Assembly (NCBI RefSeq): GCF_009914755.1
Contig: NC_060931.1
Source: the human T2T-CHM13v2.0 reference genome, Homo sapiens
Reading direction: 5' to 3' (one strand)
Length of the DNA: 64,000 nucleotides
Numbering within the stretch: the stretch's first letter is position 1; every line of letters begins with the position of its first letter. Position numbers and translations under genes: made by a program. A model generated the notes under the pieces. That model made no database searches and had not been told where the DNA came from. It worked only from the letters and a program-made list of their open reading frames with translations. Below are positions 49,042-63,780 of the stretch, piece after piece.

Positions 49042-49206
49042 GCATGACCTGAATAATACATATATTGTAAGGAAAAGAGAAAAAGGAAATAAAACAGCTG
49101 TGAACAGAAGCACTTGGTATAGGAACATGTATCAATATAATACTTGGGAGGAAAAGGCCAATACTTAATACATAAATGTAACCAAAAGTAGATAAATACA
49201 ATATAG
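49042..49206 (+). repeat. Arm A of a 165-bp inverted duplication
   Basis: Reverse complement of 50401-50565; 16 mismatches by manual count, no gaps. Confidence 0.95.
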
Positions 49207-49629
49207 GTACTGGTGGTATCATAATAGCCTGATAAGATCTCTGCCATTCTAGCAAGAAATGAGCAGGAAGCCTATTGGAAATTGAGTGTGGATGTCCTCC
49301 AAGATAAAACAGTCTAATTCACTCTCTTGTGGCCTCTACCAAAAAAAGAACCAGACTGTTACTCAGAAAACCAGAAAGGAAAACAAAAGAACTACTGAAG
49401 AATTAAAATATTTGGAAATATGCATGGAAAACAATTTCTTAGTCCTGCTTTGAAGAAATAAAATATGATAAAATACCCTTTTATAGATACACAAATTTAG
49501 TTTTATTAAACTGTCAATTGCTTTCAATATCTAATAATTGTTTACAATATGTGCCTATTTGCCTACTGTAAGGATTTGGATAAAATAATACATTTAGGAA
49601 TTGTTGGAAGGGAGGTGAAAAGTTGGAGC

Positions 49630-50137
49630 TGATGAGGTTTAGGACATACTACTTCAAAGTATGGCACCTTGGCATTGAGAAAACAGCAGAGACAGGAAGG
49701 TCTGTCTGAACTTCTCCTGCCATTCTCCCCTGAAGCAGGACATAAAAGAATTATCTGACCTTTCTCTAACATAAGTCCTAAGACCCTCATTTCAGAAGAG
49801 TCCTCCCTGTACCTGGAGAAAAGGAATGAAGACACAGAGACACAAAGAAAAATCTGAAAATAAAAAAAAAGGGCTCCTAGGGTTTTCCAAGTTTATTACC
49901 AATCATACCTCCTTTTGTTCATCATATGTGGACATGACTGTCCACATTTCATCAAAACTGAGCATAAGATACAATTTTTCCTGTTTCTTTGGGTCTTCAT
50001 TTCTGAATGCTCCCATGCCATGTAAAACTTATATTAAATACATTTGTATGCTTCTATCTTGTTAATCTGTATTTTGCTATAGAGGTCTCATCTATGAACT
50101 TAGCTACTGTTAAGCAAGTAAATTGATTTCTTTTACA
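49630..50137 (+). mobile_element. ERV1 solo LTR (MER34/MER39-like)
   Basis: tgatgaggtttaggaca...tatggcaccttggca...gggtcttcatttctga...ttttaca; TSD gagc/gagt. Confidence 0.7.
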
Positions 50138-50179
50138 GAGTAGAAGCAGAAATAATTGGATTGTGTTAATTTAGTGGAA

Positions 50180-50385
50180 TCAGTGTGTACTTAGCATATG
50201 CTAGGTTCTTGGAGAAGGTCCCTTATTTAATCCCTACCAAAGTTCTTTGAGTTGTACATTTTCATCCACTGTCTACAAAGGAGCACACCAATAGTGATGT
50301 TAAGTGATATGTTAAAGGTCTTGTACATTAGGTAATGAAAACCAAATTCAAGCTACGTGTTCTGAATTCATGGTTTTTTTTTTTT
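50180..50385 (-). mobile_element. MIR
   Basis: tatttaatccct...gttaagtgata...aaggtc...aaattcaagct. Confidence 0.55.
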
Positions 50386-50400
50386 AGCAATACAAAAAAT

Positions 50401-50565
50401 CTATATTGTATTCATCTACTTTTGATTACATTTACATATTAAGTATTCGTCTTTTCCTCCCAAGTATTATATTGATACATGTTTCTATACTAAGTGCTTC
50501 TGTTCACAGCTGTTTTATTTCCTTTTTCTCTTTTCCTTATGATGTATATATTATTTAACACATGC
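50401..50565 (-). repeat. Arm B of the 165-bp inverted duplication
   Basis: Reverse complement of 49042-49206. Confidence 0.95.
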
Positions 50566-50929
50566 CTCATAATATCAAATGCTTTTAACCTGGAACAGGA
50601 TTTGGTGGGGGAAGAGTATTTTTGACATGGGCATATTACATTGATAATAGAGTCTCATCTATTTATTGTATTCAACCTAAATGAAAAATCACATCTGTAA
50701 GATGCAATAAACCAGGAATGAAATGTGTACCTGAGTAACTTCAGGAAATTATACTGGCACTAAGATAAAATATTTCATCAATGATAAAAAATACAGTCTT
50801 CAGGATACGCTGTACAGCAATAGTTCTTAGGTCTAGTCAGAAAAAGCAATGTAGCATTTTCCTTTAATTATGCCTACTTTTCTACAGCTTGCGTATACCC
50901 TCTGTCAGAAACATTTTATTATTCAAATT

Positions 50930-51212
50930 GACCTGGTGCAGTGGCTCATGCCTATAATCTCAGCACTTTGGGAGGTAAAGAAGGGAGGATTGATTGAGGC
51001 CAGGAGTTTGGGATCAGCCTAGGCAATGCAGCAATACCTCATCTCTACAAAATAAAAAAAATTATATCACGGCACACCTGTAGTCCCAGCTACTCAGGAG
51101 ACTGAGGCAGGGGAATCCCTTAAACCCAGAAGTTGGAGGTTGAAGTTTGAGGCTGCACCACTCCTACATTCCAGCCTAGGATGCAGAAGGAGACCCTGTT
51201 CTCTAAAAAAAA
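50930..51212 (+). mobile_element. AluJ
   Basis: ggaggattgattgaggccaggagtt; diverged dimer. Confidence 0.9.
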
Positions 51213-51355
51213 TGTTATTCATATTATGTCACAAATGATGTAAAGAAGTGCTGAATACTGAAAAGTAGTTTCCTTCATTAATATTGTTTTTGTATCAAAT
51301 AATAGTGGTCAGAAAATTATATAAGGCAGAATTTGATATGAATAGGATTTAACTC

Positions 51356-51676
51356 CTTTTTCTTTTTTCCTTTTTTTCTTTTTTTTTTCTTTTCTTTCTT
51401 TTCTTGAGACAGGCTACTGCTCTGTCATCCACAGGAATACAGTGTCACAGTCATGACCCACTGCAGCCTCGACCTCCTGGGCTCAAACAATCTCTCACCT
51501 CAGCACCCAGAGTAGCTGGGACTGTAGGCGTGTGCCAGCATGCCCTTCTAATTTTTTGTAGAGACAGGGTCTTTCTATGTTGCCCAGGCTGATCTCGAGC
51601 TCTTTGACTCAAGCAGTCCTCCTGTCTTGGCCTCCCATAGTGCTGGGATTAAAGGCATGAGGCACTGCACCTGGCC
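51356..51676 (-). mobile_element. AluJ
   Basis: T-rich tail, cactgcagcctcgacctcctgggctcaa. Confidence 0.9.
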
Positions 51677-52430
51677 AGATTTCATTTCATTATAAAACAA
51701 ATCATCTTGCCATACTGACATGTAGCCCTAATATCTTCCTATGAAAGAAAGTAGTACAAAGTACCAATATGGTTGTGTTAAGATTAATCTATTAGGAATC
51801 TCAGTGCCTCATCGAGCTTTTTTATTTTTTTAATATCGAAAAGAGAAAAAGGAGAATTTGACCACACTAGATCACAAGTGACTGTTTGCCAGACCCTTTG
51901 GTATTTTAAAAAACCATGATCTATTATAAGAAATCATATGAAGAAACATATTTACTGAAAACTCTTCAATGTGCCAGGTATGATTACTGACTTGAGGGCT
52001 GGGCTGAACAGCCAGAACAATATTTCTTTAGGTGTTCTAGTCTTCTCTCTTCTGAAGTATCAGCAAAAGCTTTGAGTTTTAGTTCTCATAATGTACTCAA
52101 TGTCTCATGAGTTAGTTCAAATGTAAGTATGACTCAGTTCTCAGGTGTTGGTGAAAACCTTTAATAATGTTTAAACTAAACGATAAAGGAAACATGGTAA
52201 GTATGACAACAACAAACACTTTCAAAACCTGCTGTGTGCTGGATGCCAGGTTAGTCTAGGTTCCTCAGATCTATCACTAAATTGTAAAACAAAAACCAGT
52301 ATTTTATCCTTCTTGATCCTTTCCGGAATTATTTTTTACCTTACATAAAATTTCTACACCTATGTTCTGTTGTGGGTATGATGTCATATCATAAAATGTA
52401 CAGGCTAAAAAAGACTAAATCTTAATTTGC

Positions 52431-52454
52431 ATATATATATATATATATACATAT
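52431..52454. repeat. (TA)n
   Basis: Seen directly. Confidence 0.85.
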
Positions 52455-53019
52455 TTAGTTTTTGGTATAAGAAAAATTTCCCAATAGAACTAGACAGTAA
52501 AATTCCCATATCATAGAGTTCTAAGATCTGGAAGCTCAGCATCTTGATAGCAGATGGGAGTTTATTAAATGTTACTTTATGTTAAAGACAGTGAATGCAG
52601 AAGAAAAGACTAGAGTGACAGAATAGGATAATCTGATCAGAGGGCCATACCACTTTCCTAATATAAATTCTTTCTTAAAAGAGCCAAATAAAAGAGGCTA
52701 TTCAATTGTAGTAGCTAAGATTTTAGTATTCCTTATGAAGGTAATACATAAACACAATTAGTTTTGAATAATATTTGAAAAACGTATATGCTCTTCAAGG
52801 AATACAGAACCTAGTATTCAAAATATATTAATCTATTACAATCTATTTTACATGAAGAAAAATGAAAATAAAATTTAGAATGACAAAACTACGTAGTTAG
52901 TTAATGGTAGAATTTGAGTTGGAATATTTATTTTCCAAATTTCTATTCATATGTTATTTCATTTATTTATTCTGTAAATTGAATATGTATAACATGTTGA
53001 ATAATATAAACATGTTGTA

Positions 53020-53850
53020 AGCTAAGCAATATAAGATTAGGCTATAGTTTAGAATACATTAATGAGTTTAAGAATAAAGATACAAAGAACCTAAGACATT
53101 TTGTTAAATTACTAATCCAAAGATAAACATGATAGTGGCTTAACACAGGGCAGTAGTAGTGGGTGTTTGATTCCAAGATTCAACAGTGCTCAATAAATTG
53201 CATGTGAACAGCAGTTATGAAGATAAGGGGACCATATACTGCTCTAGTTCCTGACCTGGACAGTTGAGAAAACACCAACGTGATTATTTTATACATTGAA
53301 CATGAGAATAAGATTGGTGGGAGATTATTCATTTTGTACTTGCATTTGAGGAACATATGTGGGGTATCTAAGAGCAGTTGGATAGCTGGGTCTAAAGCTC
53401 AAAGAGAGACATCTGGGCCTGAGATTTAACTTAACATTTAAGTGGTATATAAATTGTATTTGAGCACAGAGATTGGTAGAATGATATTATGATCCTGTGA
53501 AACATGTCAACTACCAATTTGAGTGAGAAGCAGATGTCAAGGAAAAAGAACACAAGATTTAAAAATCAAAAAGAAACAAAACAATGATATTTTTGTGAAA
53601 GTGTTTCAAAAGAAGATTATTTTCACAGATAGAATGTACCTCAGAGACTAAGAGTAAAATTGAAAAGTATGTATTGGTGATAGCAGCAAAAACATATGGG
53701 TGAATTTAAAACAATATTTCTTATGAAGTGGTTAAGAAGAAGTCATAAACTTCTGAATTAGACTGATGAACTTGATTAATGTACGAATGTGAGGTGAAGA
53801 AGTAGAAAAATGATGGGAGAAACTGTGTTCAAGGAATGGGACCCTGAAGA
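53020..53850 (-). mobile_element. L2 fragments
   Basis: gcagttggata..tgggtctaaagctcaaagagagacatctgggc. Confidence 0.55.
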
Positions 53851-53896
53851 TGAAGACATAAAGAAGGTAGTAGCTGACTACTCACATAGAGACAAA

Positions 53897-54128
53897 TGTG
53901 GCAGCCCTGAGAATGCAACTAGTGTACCTCCTACTACCAGGAGCACAAGTGACAAAGACCCCCAGCAGCTGATCTTTAAAATTCATTGCAGCATCTGCAT
54001 CAAGGCCACACCTTCTACAGGGTTATCTCACCAATAACTAAGTGTGGAAGGGATGGATCTCAAGTAGACCATTTCTGGCCTACAGAGGTTGACATTGGCT
54101 CAAGCACTCCTTGATGACTTTGTCAAAC
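53897..54128 (+). mobile_element. Old ERVL LTR (LTR33-like), apparently resuming at about 56900-57095
   Basis: tgtggcagccctgagaatgc start; aataaa and a plausible LTR end after the L1. Confidence 0.4.
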
Positions 54129-54677
54129 TTTTTTGTAAGTGACTTTATTGAGGAATAATTGATATACACATTTTCTTAAACTGCACATATTAAATGTTCA
54201 CATTTTTGTGAGTTTGGACGTATGCATAAACCTGTGAAACCATCACCACAGTCAAGATGAAAGATGTATTTATCACTTCCGAAAGTTCCCCTGTGTTCCT
54301 CTCTGTTTTTATGGTATAAGCACTTATAATGAGAACTACCTCATTACAAATTTTTAAGTGCACAATGCAGTATTGTTGATATAGGCACTAAGTGATACAG
54401 TAGATCCCTAGAGCTAATTCATCTAGCATAACTGAAACTTTATACCAATTGACAATGATTTCCCATTTCCCTCTTCCCCTGACCCCCGGTAATCACTGTT
54501 CTATTCTCTGCTTCTATGAGTTTGACTATTTTAAGTACTTCATATAAATAAAATAATACAGAATTTGTTATTCTGTGACTGGCTTATTTCACTGAGCATA
54601 TTGCCCTTCGGGTTTATCCATGTTGTTGCCAATGACAAGGTTTTCATCTTTTTTTAGGGCTGAATAATATCCCATTT
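54129..54677 (-). mobile_element. L1MA/MB 3' end
   Basis: ctttattgagg..aattgatatac...ttctgtgactggcttatttcact...ggctgaataatatccca. Confidence 0.85.
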
Positions 54678-55614
54678 ACCCTGATACCAATGTCAGAAAA
54701 AGACACCACAAAAAAAAAAAAATACAAGCCAGCATCCCCAATGAACATACATGAAAAATCCTCAACAAAATACTAGCAAGCTGAATTCAACAATACATTA
54801 AAAGCATCATACACCATGACAAGTGGGATTTATCCCTGGGATGCAAGGATGGGTCAACATATGCAAATTAATTAATGTGATATATCTCATTAACAGAATG
54901 AAAGATAAAAATTACATCTCAATAGAAGCAGAAAAAAATTTGACAAAATTCAACACTCTTTTACAATAAGAATTATCAACAAAGTATGGAAGGAATATAC
55001 TTCAACATGTTAAGAGCTATAATACGAAAAGCCCAGAGACAACATCACAACTAGTGGTGAAAACCTGAAAGTGTTTCCTCTAAGATCAGGAAAAAGGCAA
55101 GGAGGCCAACTCTTGCTACATCTATTTAACATAGTACTGGAAATTCTAGCCAGAGCAAATAGATTAAAAAAATAAATAAAAGGCATCCAAATTGGAAGGG
55201 AAGAAGTTAAATTGTTCATGCTTGTAGATGGCATGATCTTATATAAAACCCCTAAAGACTGCAAAGAATAAAACAAAACAAGACAACTGTTAGAACTAAT
55301 AAACCAATTTAGTAAAGTTGTAGGAAACAAAATCAACATGCAAAAATTATGTTTCACTAAACTAACAGTAGACTATTGAAAAGAAAAGTAAGAAATAATC
55401 CCTTTTACAACAATATTAAAACAAATAAAGTACTTGGAAAAAAACTTAACCCATACACTGAAAACTACAAGACATTGACAAAAGAAATTAAAGACATAAA
55501 TAAATGGAAAGATAACCTGTGTTCATGGATTAAAAATATTAATGTTATTAAAATAATCCTTGCTACCTAAAGCAATCTACAGATTCAATACAATTCCTAT
55601 CAAAATTCCAATGG

Positions 55615-56051
<437 letters not shown>

Positions 56052-56491
56052 TCATACTTTCTGACTTCAAAATATACTATGCAGCTTCAGTAATTAAGAC
56101 AGTATGCAGCTGGCATAAAGACAGACTTATAGACAGAATAATAGAACAGAACAGAAGACCCCAAGTGAATTTTATGAACTACATAGTTACTGACTTTGTC
56201 AAGGATTCCAAGAATGCGCAATGGAAGTTTGTCTTTTCAACAAAACGTGCTGGGAAAACTAGATATCCACATGCCAAAGAATGAAATTTAACCCCTATCT
56301 TATGCCATACATAAAGATCAACTCAAAATGGATTAGAAATCTAAATATAAGACCTGATACTATAAAACTTCTCAAAGAAAACAGGAGGAAAGCTTTACAT
56401 CGGTCTTGGCAACAATTCTTGGCTATGACACCAAAAGCACCAGGAACAAAAGCAAAAGTAGACAAGTGGGATAACATTAAAAAAGTTTAAT

Positions 56492-56797
<306 letters not shown>

Positions 56798-57346
56798 CAG
56801 TTTCTGCACAGCAAAGGAAACAACAAAGTGCAAAGGCAACCTACAGAATGGGGAAAAAAAATTGCAAACCATGTACCTGCAAGTGGTTAATGTTGAACGT
56901 TTGATAAAGTTTGCAGTTTCCACACAACTTTCTCTTTCTCTATCACTGAGGATTAAATTATATAACTATCTGATTGGTCCTCTCATCGTTACCAAGATAT
57001 TTTCCTGTTTCTTTTCACATAGGCTTTTGTCTAATAAAATCTCCACGTTTACTCTCCTCTTTGGGTCTGAATCTCAGAAGACTTACACAGACATCTTAAG
57101 AAAGGGACATTTTATGAATAAGTTCTCAAATTATTTTAAATAATAATAGGAAATAAATTTGGAAGATACAAAAGACAAAAGAACTATTATCAAAATCATT
57201 TCTTAAAAAAGCAAAGACAGAATGAGATTTAAACCATGAATAGCACAGTTATTTTAATACAACAGAAGAGAAGTAAAGAAGGGTAGGTGTTGATGTGAGT
57301 ATATTTATTAATTTAATGGCAAGAAGTCAAGAGGGTCCTTTGTCTT

Positions 57347-57860
57347 TGTGTTAGATTGTATTTTGGCTGCAACAATAGATTCCATCCCACATATTCTTCT
57401 TTAAAGTGAATTAGCCACAGCCCCATTAAGAAGTCTAGTCTACATACCCCCACCTTTGATCAGGCCTAATAGTTTCTTTGAACATGTAAGTATGGTAGAA
57501 ATGGTCATGTGTCAGTCCTAGGTCAATTATTCTAATATGGTAACCTCTGCTTCCCCCTATTGGAATGCTGGTACTTAGAAGCCAGTCTTCACCTGGGAAG
57601 ACTGACTTTCTTGAGACAATCACACCCAAGCCAGGTGTAGATGCCTAGGAGAATTGAGGGCCAGGTGATGAGACAGGAGCCAAGGAATACTGTGGGAAGA
57701 AGTTAATTTGAAAATGGGTTCTCCAACCTTAACCATTCCAAAAGATCTCACATGGATGGGAGCAAATCAGCCAAGTTAGTTCCATATTCCTGACCCAGAA
57801 AATCATGAGCATAGTAAAATGGCAGTTTTAAGGCACTAAGTGTGGCATAACTGTTAGTAG
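57347..57860 (+). mobile_element. MLT1 LTR
   Basis: ccccattaagaagt...tcctgacccagaaaatcatgagc...ttttaaggcactaagt. Confidence 0.6.
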
Positions 57861-60164
57861 ATCAATGGACTTCTACTGCTTGGGACTTACATGATGACTT
57901 AGATCGTGTGCTAAAAATTAGGTGGAACCTGACATAATAAGCGTTTTGGGGCCAGTAAAGGGAAGAAAGTGGAAAATAGGAGAAAACTCATTAAGGAAAT
58001 AAAGACATGGTGAGAATAACTATTGAAGACCTTTTGGAGATTTGAGATCATGAATTCCTAATGGCTCCAGGAGTATTAAGCAACTGAAGTTAGGACAGTA
58101 GATTGATCCAGAGATGTTTTACCAGGGAGTGGCAACAGAAGGACAACTGAAAAAGTTCAAGAATAAATGTAAGAAAATCACTGAAATGATGGAGTTTAAA
58201 CTGAACGTGAAATGAACATAGAAATAGCTAGCTACAGGGGAGAAGTGAAAGAGGCTAAGGCACTGTAAGACTAACAAAAGGCAATAATAATAATAATAAT
58301 GCTGTAAGGGCATTAACTTAATGAAAACAACTAGTTTTCTTCAAAGTGAGTGCTTTTTAATTGAGTCAGTGCAGGATCATGACAACCTCTAACACAGTGG
58401 ACCTTAAATGGAATGGAATTCTACTACATATCAAGGAAGAGATAAAGGAGGAAACATGGGATGGATTATTCAAGACTTTTGAGGCCATGTGGAATGATGG
58501 CAACACCTCAGATAGAGAGCAAGATCATGAATTAGTTGCTTACAATCAATGGGTATTGTATGACGGAAGGAATTATTGGTGTAGATTGAATCTTATTTTT
58601 CTGCTTGAATACAGGATAACTAGGAAATAGCATTAAAGAGTGTTGAGAATGTTACTATTACCTCTAAACCCTGAGGTTTATGGTTATGGAAGAAACTGCA
58701 TTTTATATGGATGCGTAGGAAGCAATGCCCTCGAGAGAGCCTTGGGTTGCAAATAAATCAAGAAAATAGAGAAACTTTTAAGGAAAAAAAAAAAATGAGG
58801 ATATAAGAGATCTCTGTATCATGGACTGAAAGTTCCAAAATACAAAGCTGAAAGTTTTGAGAAGGCAGGGAGCTGTCTTCTCAAAGAGAAGTTTAGGAGA
58901 CAACACACTGTCAATCATATAGTGAAAAACTTCTGAGGAAGTATAAGGAGAGGGCTTTACTTAGTACTCTATGACCAAGGTTATGAAGGTCCTGGGGTTT
59001 AAGCATCCATCAGATTTTTTAAAAAGTGCCTTTAGATGTCTCCTGATGGATGTAGGTTTGTAGGAATCAGGGACTCTGAATCAGTGAGCCTGTGGTCAAA
59101 TGCTTGCTACCTTGCCATTCTGACAAAGATCCTGGTCATCAGTGTCCTTTTTGTGTAAATAGAGGCTTGGGTAATCAGATGCCTAGTGTAATGATTAATA
59201 ATGGCATGGAAGTGGTCCTGAGAGACTCTGGGCATGAAAAGGAAAGATGGAGCAGAGCCCTAATGAGGATAAGGCTGACATTCAGGCTAAAGCAGTAATG
59301 TCAGTGGCCAGAAGCCTTACAAATACAGGGCCTTGTCGGTAGTTCATTAAATATTTTAACCCACTAGCATTCATGTCAATAAAATTTAATAAACAATTCA
59401 AAGTATATAAAAGGAAGCCTTGTCCTACTTTGTATATTTGGATGAAGACAGCAAAATATGCTAACTTTGATTAAAATATATCTGAAAATCATCTTTCAAA
59501 GGAATGATATTCTTCACACTTTTAAGGAAATGTAGGCTTAAGCCTAGAGAATCAAAGCTTTTGTTGAAAATTCTGTTACTATTAGATTGTGATGAATCAG
59601 CTGCTTTACCATTACTAGCTTTAAAAGTGATCCAAGTTTAGAAAGATCAATACGTAAAAACTCCAGACTTAGCCATTTTAAAGCAAATATTTATGTTGAA
59701 CTTCGTGCTAGACACTGTCAGGATGCAGTGTGCATTAGGGGAGCATGTGAATCAGCAACTTGCTCATTCTTGGTCTACAATTAGAAAAATAGTGAAAAAC
59801 TACATAGTAAAAATAATGTATAATCTTATACCTTAAATGAGCATGTAAATCACCATTTTTGAAATAATATTCCTTGGTGATAGCAAGTAGTGACTATGCA
59901 TTCAGAGTAAGGGAAAAATTCAAAAATAATTAATGTCCAGCTCTATCTTTGTACAAATAATACATTAGGAATGCAAATGAATAGATAAAATAATTTCAAT
60001 TTTTTAAAAAAGCAAAGTTTGAGGAGATATCATAAAAAGGAAGTGTACCCATTTTCAACTCTTAGCTATTTTCCATTCTTTGTCTTAATAACACAAGATG
60101 AGTATAGGTTCTTATTAGCTTTTTCCTTTTATTCATGCTACATTTTTTTGTCAGCCTATTTTTT

Positions 60165-60590
60165 TTTTCTCAGCAAAGTCCTGCAACAGAGCAGGAACAT
60201 GGGAATCACTTGAAGGGATTCAGTGATTTTTTTTCTTTCTTTCTTCACTTAACAGTTATATTGAAGTTCCAACATTCTCTGACTTCAAAGTCAGAACAAT
60301 TACTGTGTTCTCAATCCTCCAAGTGCACAGATTACCTTTCTGCACTGTGGTGGCCACTGCTGTGGGATAGGGGAGGGGAGGCATTGGCAATTCAGGACTG
60401 TCTTTTCTGTCCTCCTCAGTGCCACTTTCAGTGATATGAAGTTAAAACCAGATACTGTGATCACTCAGTTGATTTTAGATTCTTATGAAAGTGCTTTTTT
60501 GTGTGGATAATTGTTTAATTTGGTGTTCCTACAGAGAGGATGATTGGTAGAGACTTCTATTTGGCCCTCATGCTCCACTTCCACTTCCTC
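60165..60590 (-). mobile_element. L1M/L1PB 5'UTR-end fragment
   Basis: ttcaggactgtctttt...ttcagtgatatgaagttaaaacca..tactgtga...ttctattt. Confidence 0.6.
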
Positions 60591-60592
60591 AG

Positions 60593-61070
60593 CTTTTATT
60601 TTAGATTCCGGGGGTACATGTGCAGGTTTGTTACATGACTGTATTTCATGAAGCTGAGGCTTGGGGTAGAAATGATCCCATTACCCAGATAGTGAGCACA
60701 GTACCCAATAAGTAGTTTTTCAGCACTTGCTTGCTTCTCTCTCTCTTTCCTCTAGTAGTCTCCAATGTCTATTGATCTCATTTTAAAGTTCATGTGTACT
60801 CAATGTTTAACTCTCACTTATAAGTGAGACATGTGGTATTTAGTTTGCTGTTCATATGTTAATTTGTTTAGGATAATGGACTCTAGCTATATTCATGTTG
60901 CTGCAAAGGACATTATTTAGTTCCTTTTTATGGCTGTGTGGTAATCCATGATATATATGTACCACATTCTCCTTATCCACTCCACCATTGATAGGCACCT
61001 AGGTTGATTACATGTCATTGTAATTGTGAATAGTGTGGCGATGAACATGAGTACATGTGTCTTTTTGCTA
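60593..61070 (-). mobile_element. Older L1PA/L1PB 3' end
   Basis: ttttattttagattccgggggtacatgtgcaggtttgttacatg; minus peptide MFIATLFTI..WYIYIMDYHTAIK. Confidence 0.9.
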
Positions 61071-61345
61071 GAATGGCATCTGGCTACTATTTTATATTTT
61101 CTATTTAACTTTTTCTTTTGTTTATTTGTCTTTATTACCTTCAAATTTAGCATTTTTCCTTTTCATGGTTCAGTTTGTATTCAGTGCTTTGCATTTCAAA
61201 ATTAAATATCTGAAATAACAGTTATTTTATTAAAATCATATCATACATGACAATTTTATCTGTGAATTTAAACAATATAAATGAACAAATTTGTAAAACT
61301 ATTACATACTATACCACTATATCTTTTCTTATTCATGATAGTCTT

Positions 61346-62017
61346 TGTGGCATCCACAAATGAAAATTCTGCATTCCTAAAACCTGGAACATTTCCAAGA
61401 AATACCTGTCTTTAGGACTGGCTTTAGGCAAGCTCTAAGGGGATGAGTTCTGAGCCCATGGGATATTCTCCCTGATAAGAATGTCTTCGTATGCCTGAGG
61501 GCTTAGCCCCTGTTATTCAACTTCATCAGATAATTTATGCTAACCATGTAATCTATGGTGAACTCCTGTGTTTGTATGCCTCAGGCCATGGGCCAAGTAG
61601 TACCAGTTTGATCAGATAGTTCATGTTAACAACATAACAATGTAATTTGTGCTAAACACCTGTTTTTGCTCTGGGTGTTTGGAGTACAAAAATATTGCAT
61701 GCCTACATGACTGACCTGCAGTAAAAACTGTGAACACCAAAGCTCAGGTGAGCTTTTATGGTTGGTAACACTTCACATATGTTGTCATATACCATTGCTG
61801 GGAAAATTAAGTGCATTTGTGTAACTCCAACGGGAAAGGACAGGTAGAAGCTTGTACATGGTTACTCTTGGACTTCACCTCATGCACCCTTCCCTTTGCT
61901 GATTTTAATCTGTATCTTTTTTCTGAAATAAACTATAACTATGTGTATAACAATTTCTGAGTCTTGTGAGTTCTTCCAATGGCTAGAGATTGAGGTTAGT
62001 CTGAGAGACCAAACACA
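61346..62017 (+). mobile_element. MER21/MER77-like LTR
   Basis: gcctacatgactgacc...gctcaggtgagctt...cacttcacatatgttgtca...ccctttgctgattttaatctgtatc. Confidence 0.75.
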
Positions 62018-62026
62018 GCACCTTAA

Positions 62027-62547
<521 letters not shown>

Positions 62548-62824
62548 TGAATCCAATAAAGTTGGGTTAAAGTTTTACTCCCAAGCTTTTACAAAACAGG
62601 AAAAAAAAATTCCTTGAGTATCTTTGTGCACAGATCTTATATTCCTAATATTTCTGTCACTTATTTTCCACCAGAGATATGGTTTATTTTACTTATAAAT
62701 CATTCACTCATTAGGCAAATATTTGCTGAGCTCTTAATACATGATTACTGTGATCAATACACTCTGCTAAGTAAATCAAACGCAGATTTTCACTTTGAGA
62801 AGCTTAAAATATAAATGAAAAATT

Positions 62825-63368
62825 CTTAACTTTTATTTTAAGTTCAGAGGTACATGCGCAGGTGTATTATATAGATAGACTTGTGTCATGGGAATTTGTT
62901 GTACAGATATTTCATCACCCAGGTATTAGAAAAAACAACCAATGGGGAAATGACTCCCTACTCAATAAATGATGCTGGAAAAACTGGCTAGCGATATGCA
63001 GAAGATTAAAACTCAACCCTTTCCTTACATCGTATACAAAAATTAACTCAAGATGGTTAAAGACTTAAAAGTAAAACTAAAACTATAAAAATCCTGGAAG
63101 ACAACCCAGGCAAAACCCTTCAGGACATAGGCACAGGCCAAGATTTCATGATGAAGACACCAAAAGCAATTACAATACAAGCAAAATTGCAATACAAGCA
63201 AAAGTTAACAAATAAGATCTAATTAAAGAGCTTCTGCACAGCAAAATAAAATATCAACAGAGTAAACAGACAACCTACAGAATGGGAGAAAAGTTTTGCA
63301 GACTATGCATATGACAAAGGTCTAATATCCAGCATCTATAAGTAACTTAAACAAATTTATAAGAAAAA
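62825..63368. mobile_element. Older L1PA with inversion: minus 3' end (62825-62928) plus sense ORF2 piece (62929-63368)
   Basis: ttttattttaagttcagaggtacatg switches to caatggggaaatgactcccta...aaacaaatttataagaaaaa. Confidence 0.85.
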
Positions 63369-63780
63369 TAAATGAATAGTAGTAACAGTAGTAGATGAAT
63401 AATGAGAAAAGGTACAGACAGGTACAAAAAGAGATGTGTGAGATACTTAAAGACACTACTTTCATTCAACAATAATTTAGGGGTTTTGTTCGTTTTTAAG
63501 TTTTGTGTGTCTTCACATCTGTGTTTTCTAACTTAAATATTAAATTCTTAGATGGTAAAATTGTGCCAGCTCAAATAGGCTGGCATCATGCCTACTATAG
63601 TAAAATACACAAATAGATAACAAATAATTAAAACACACACACACAAATACACATACACACACAGTTGTTTTAAGGTGTTTTAAAATGGAGTTATTTTAAA
63701 TTTTTTAAAATCAATATTAATAAAAACTCCATGTTACTATAAGTAGCATTATTCAAAGATTATTCATTAATCATTGGCTT

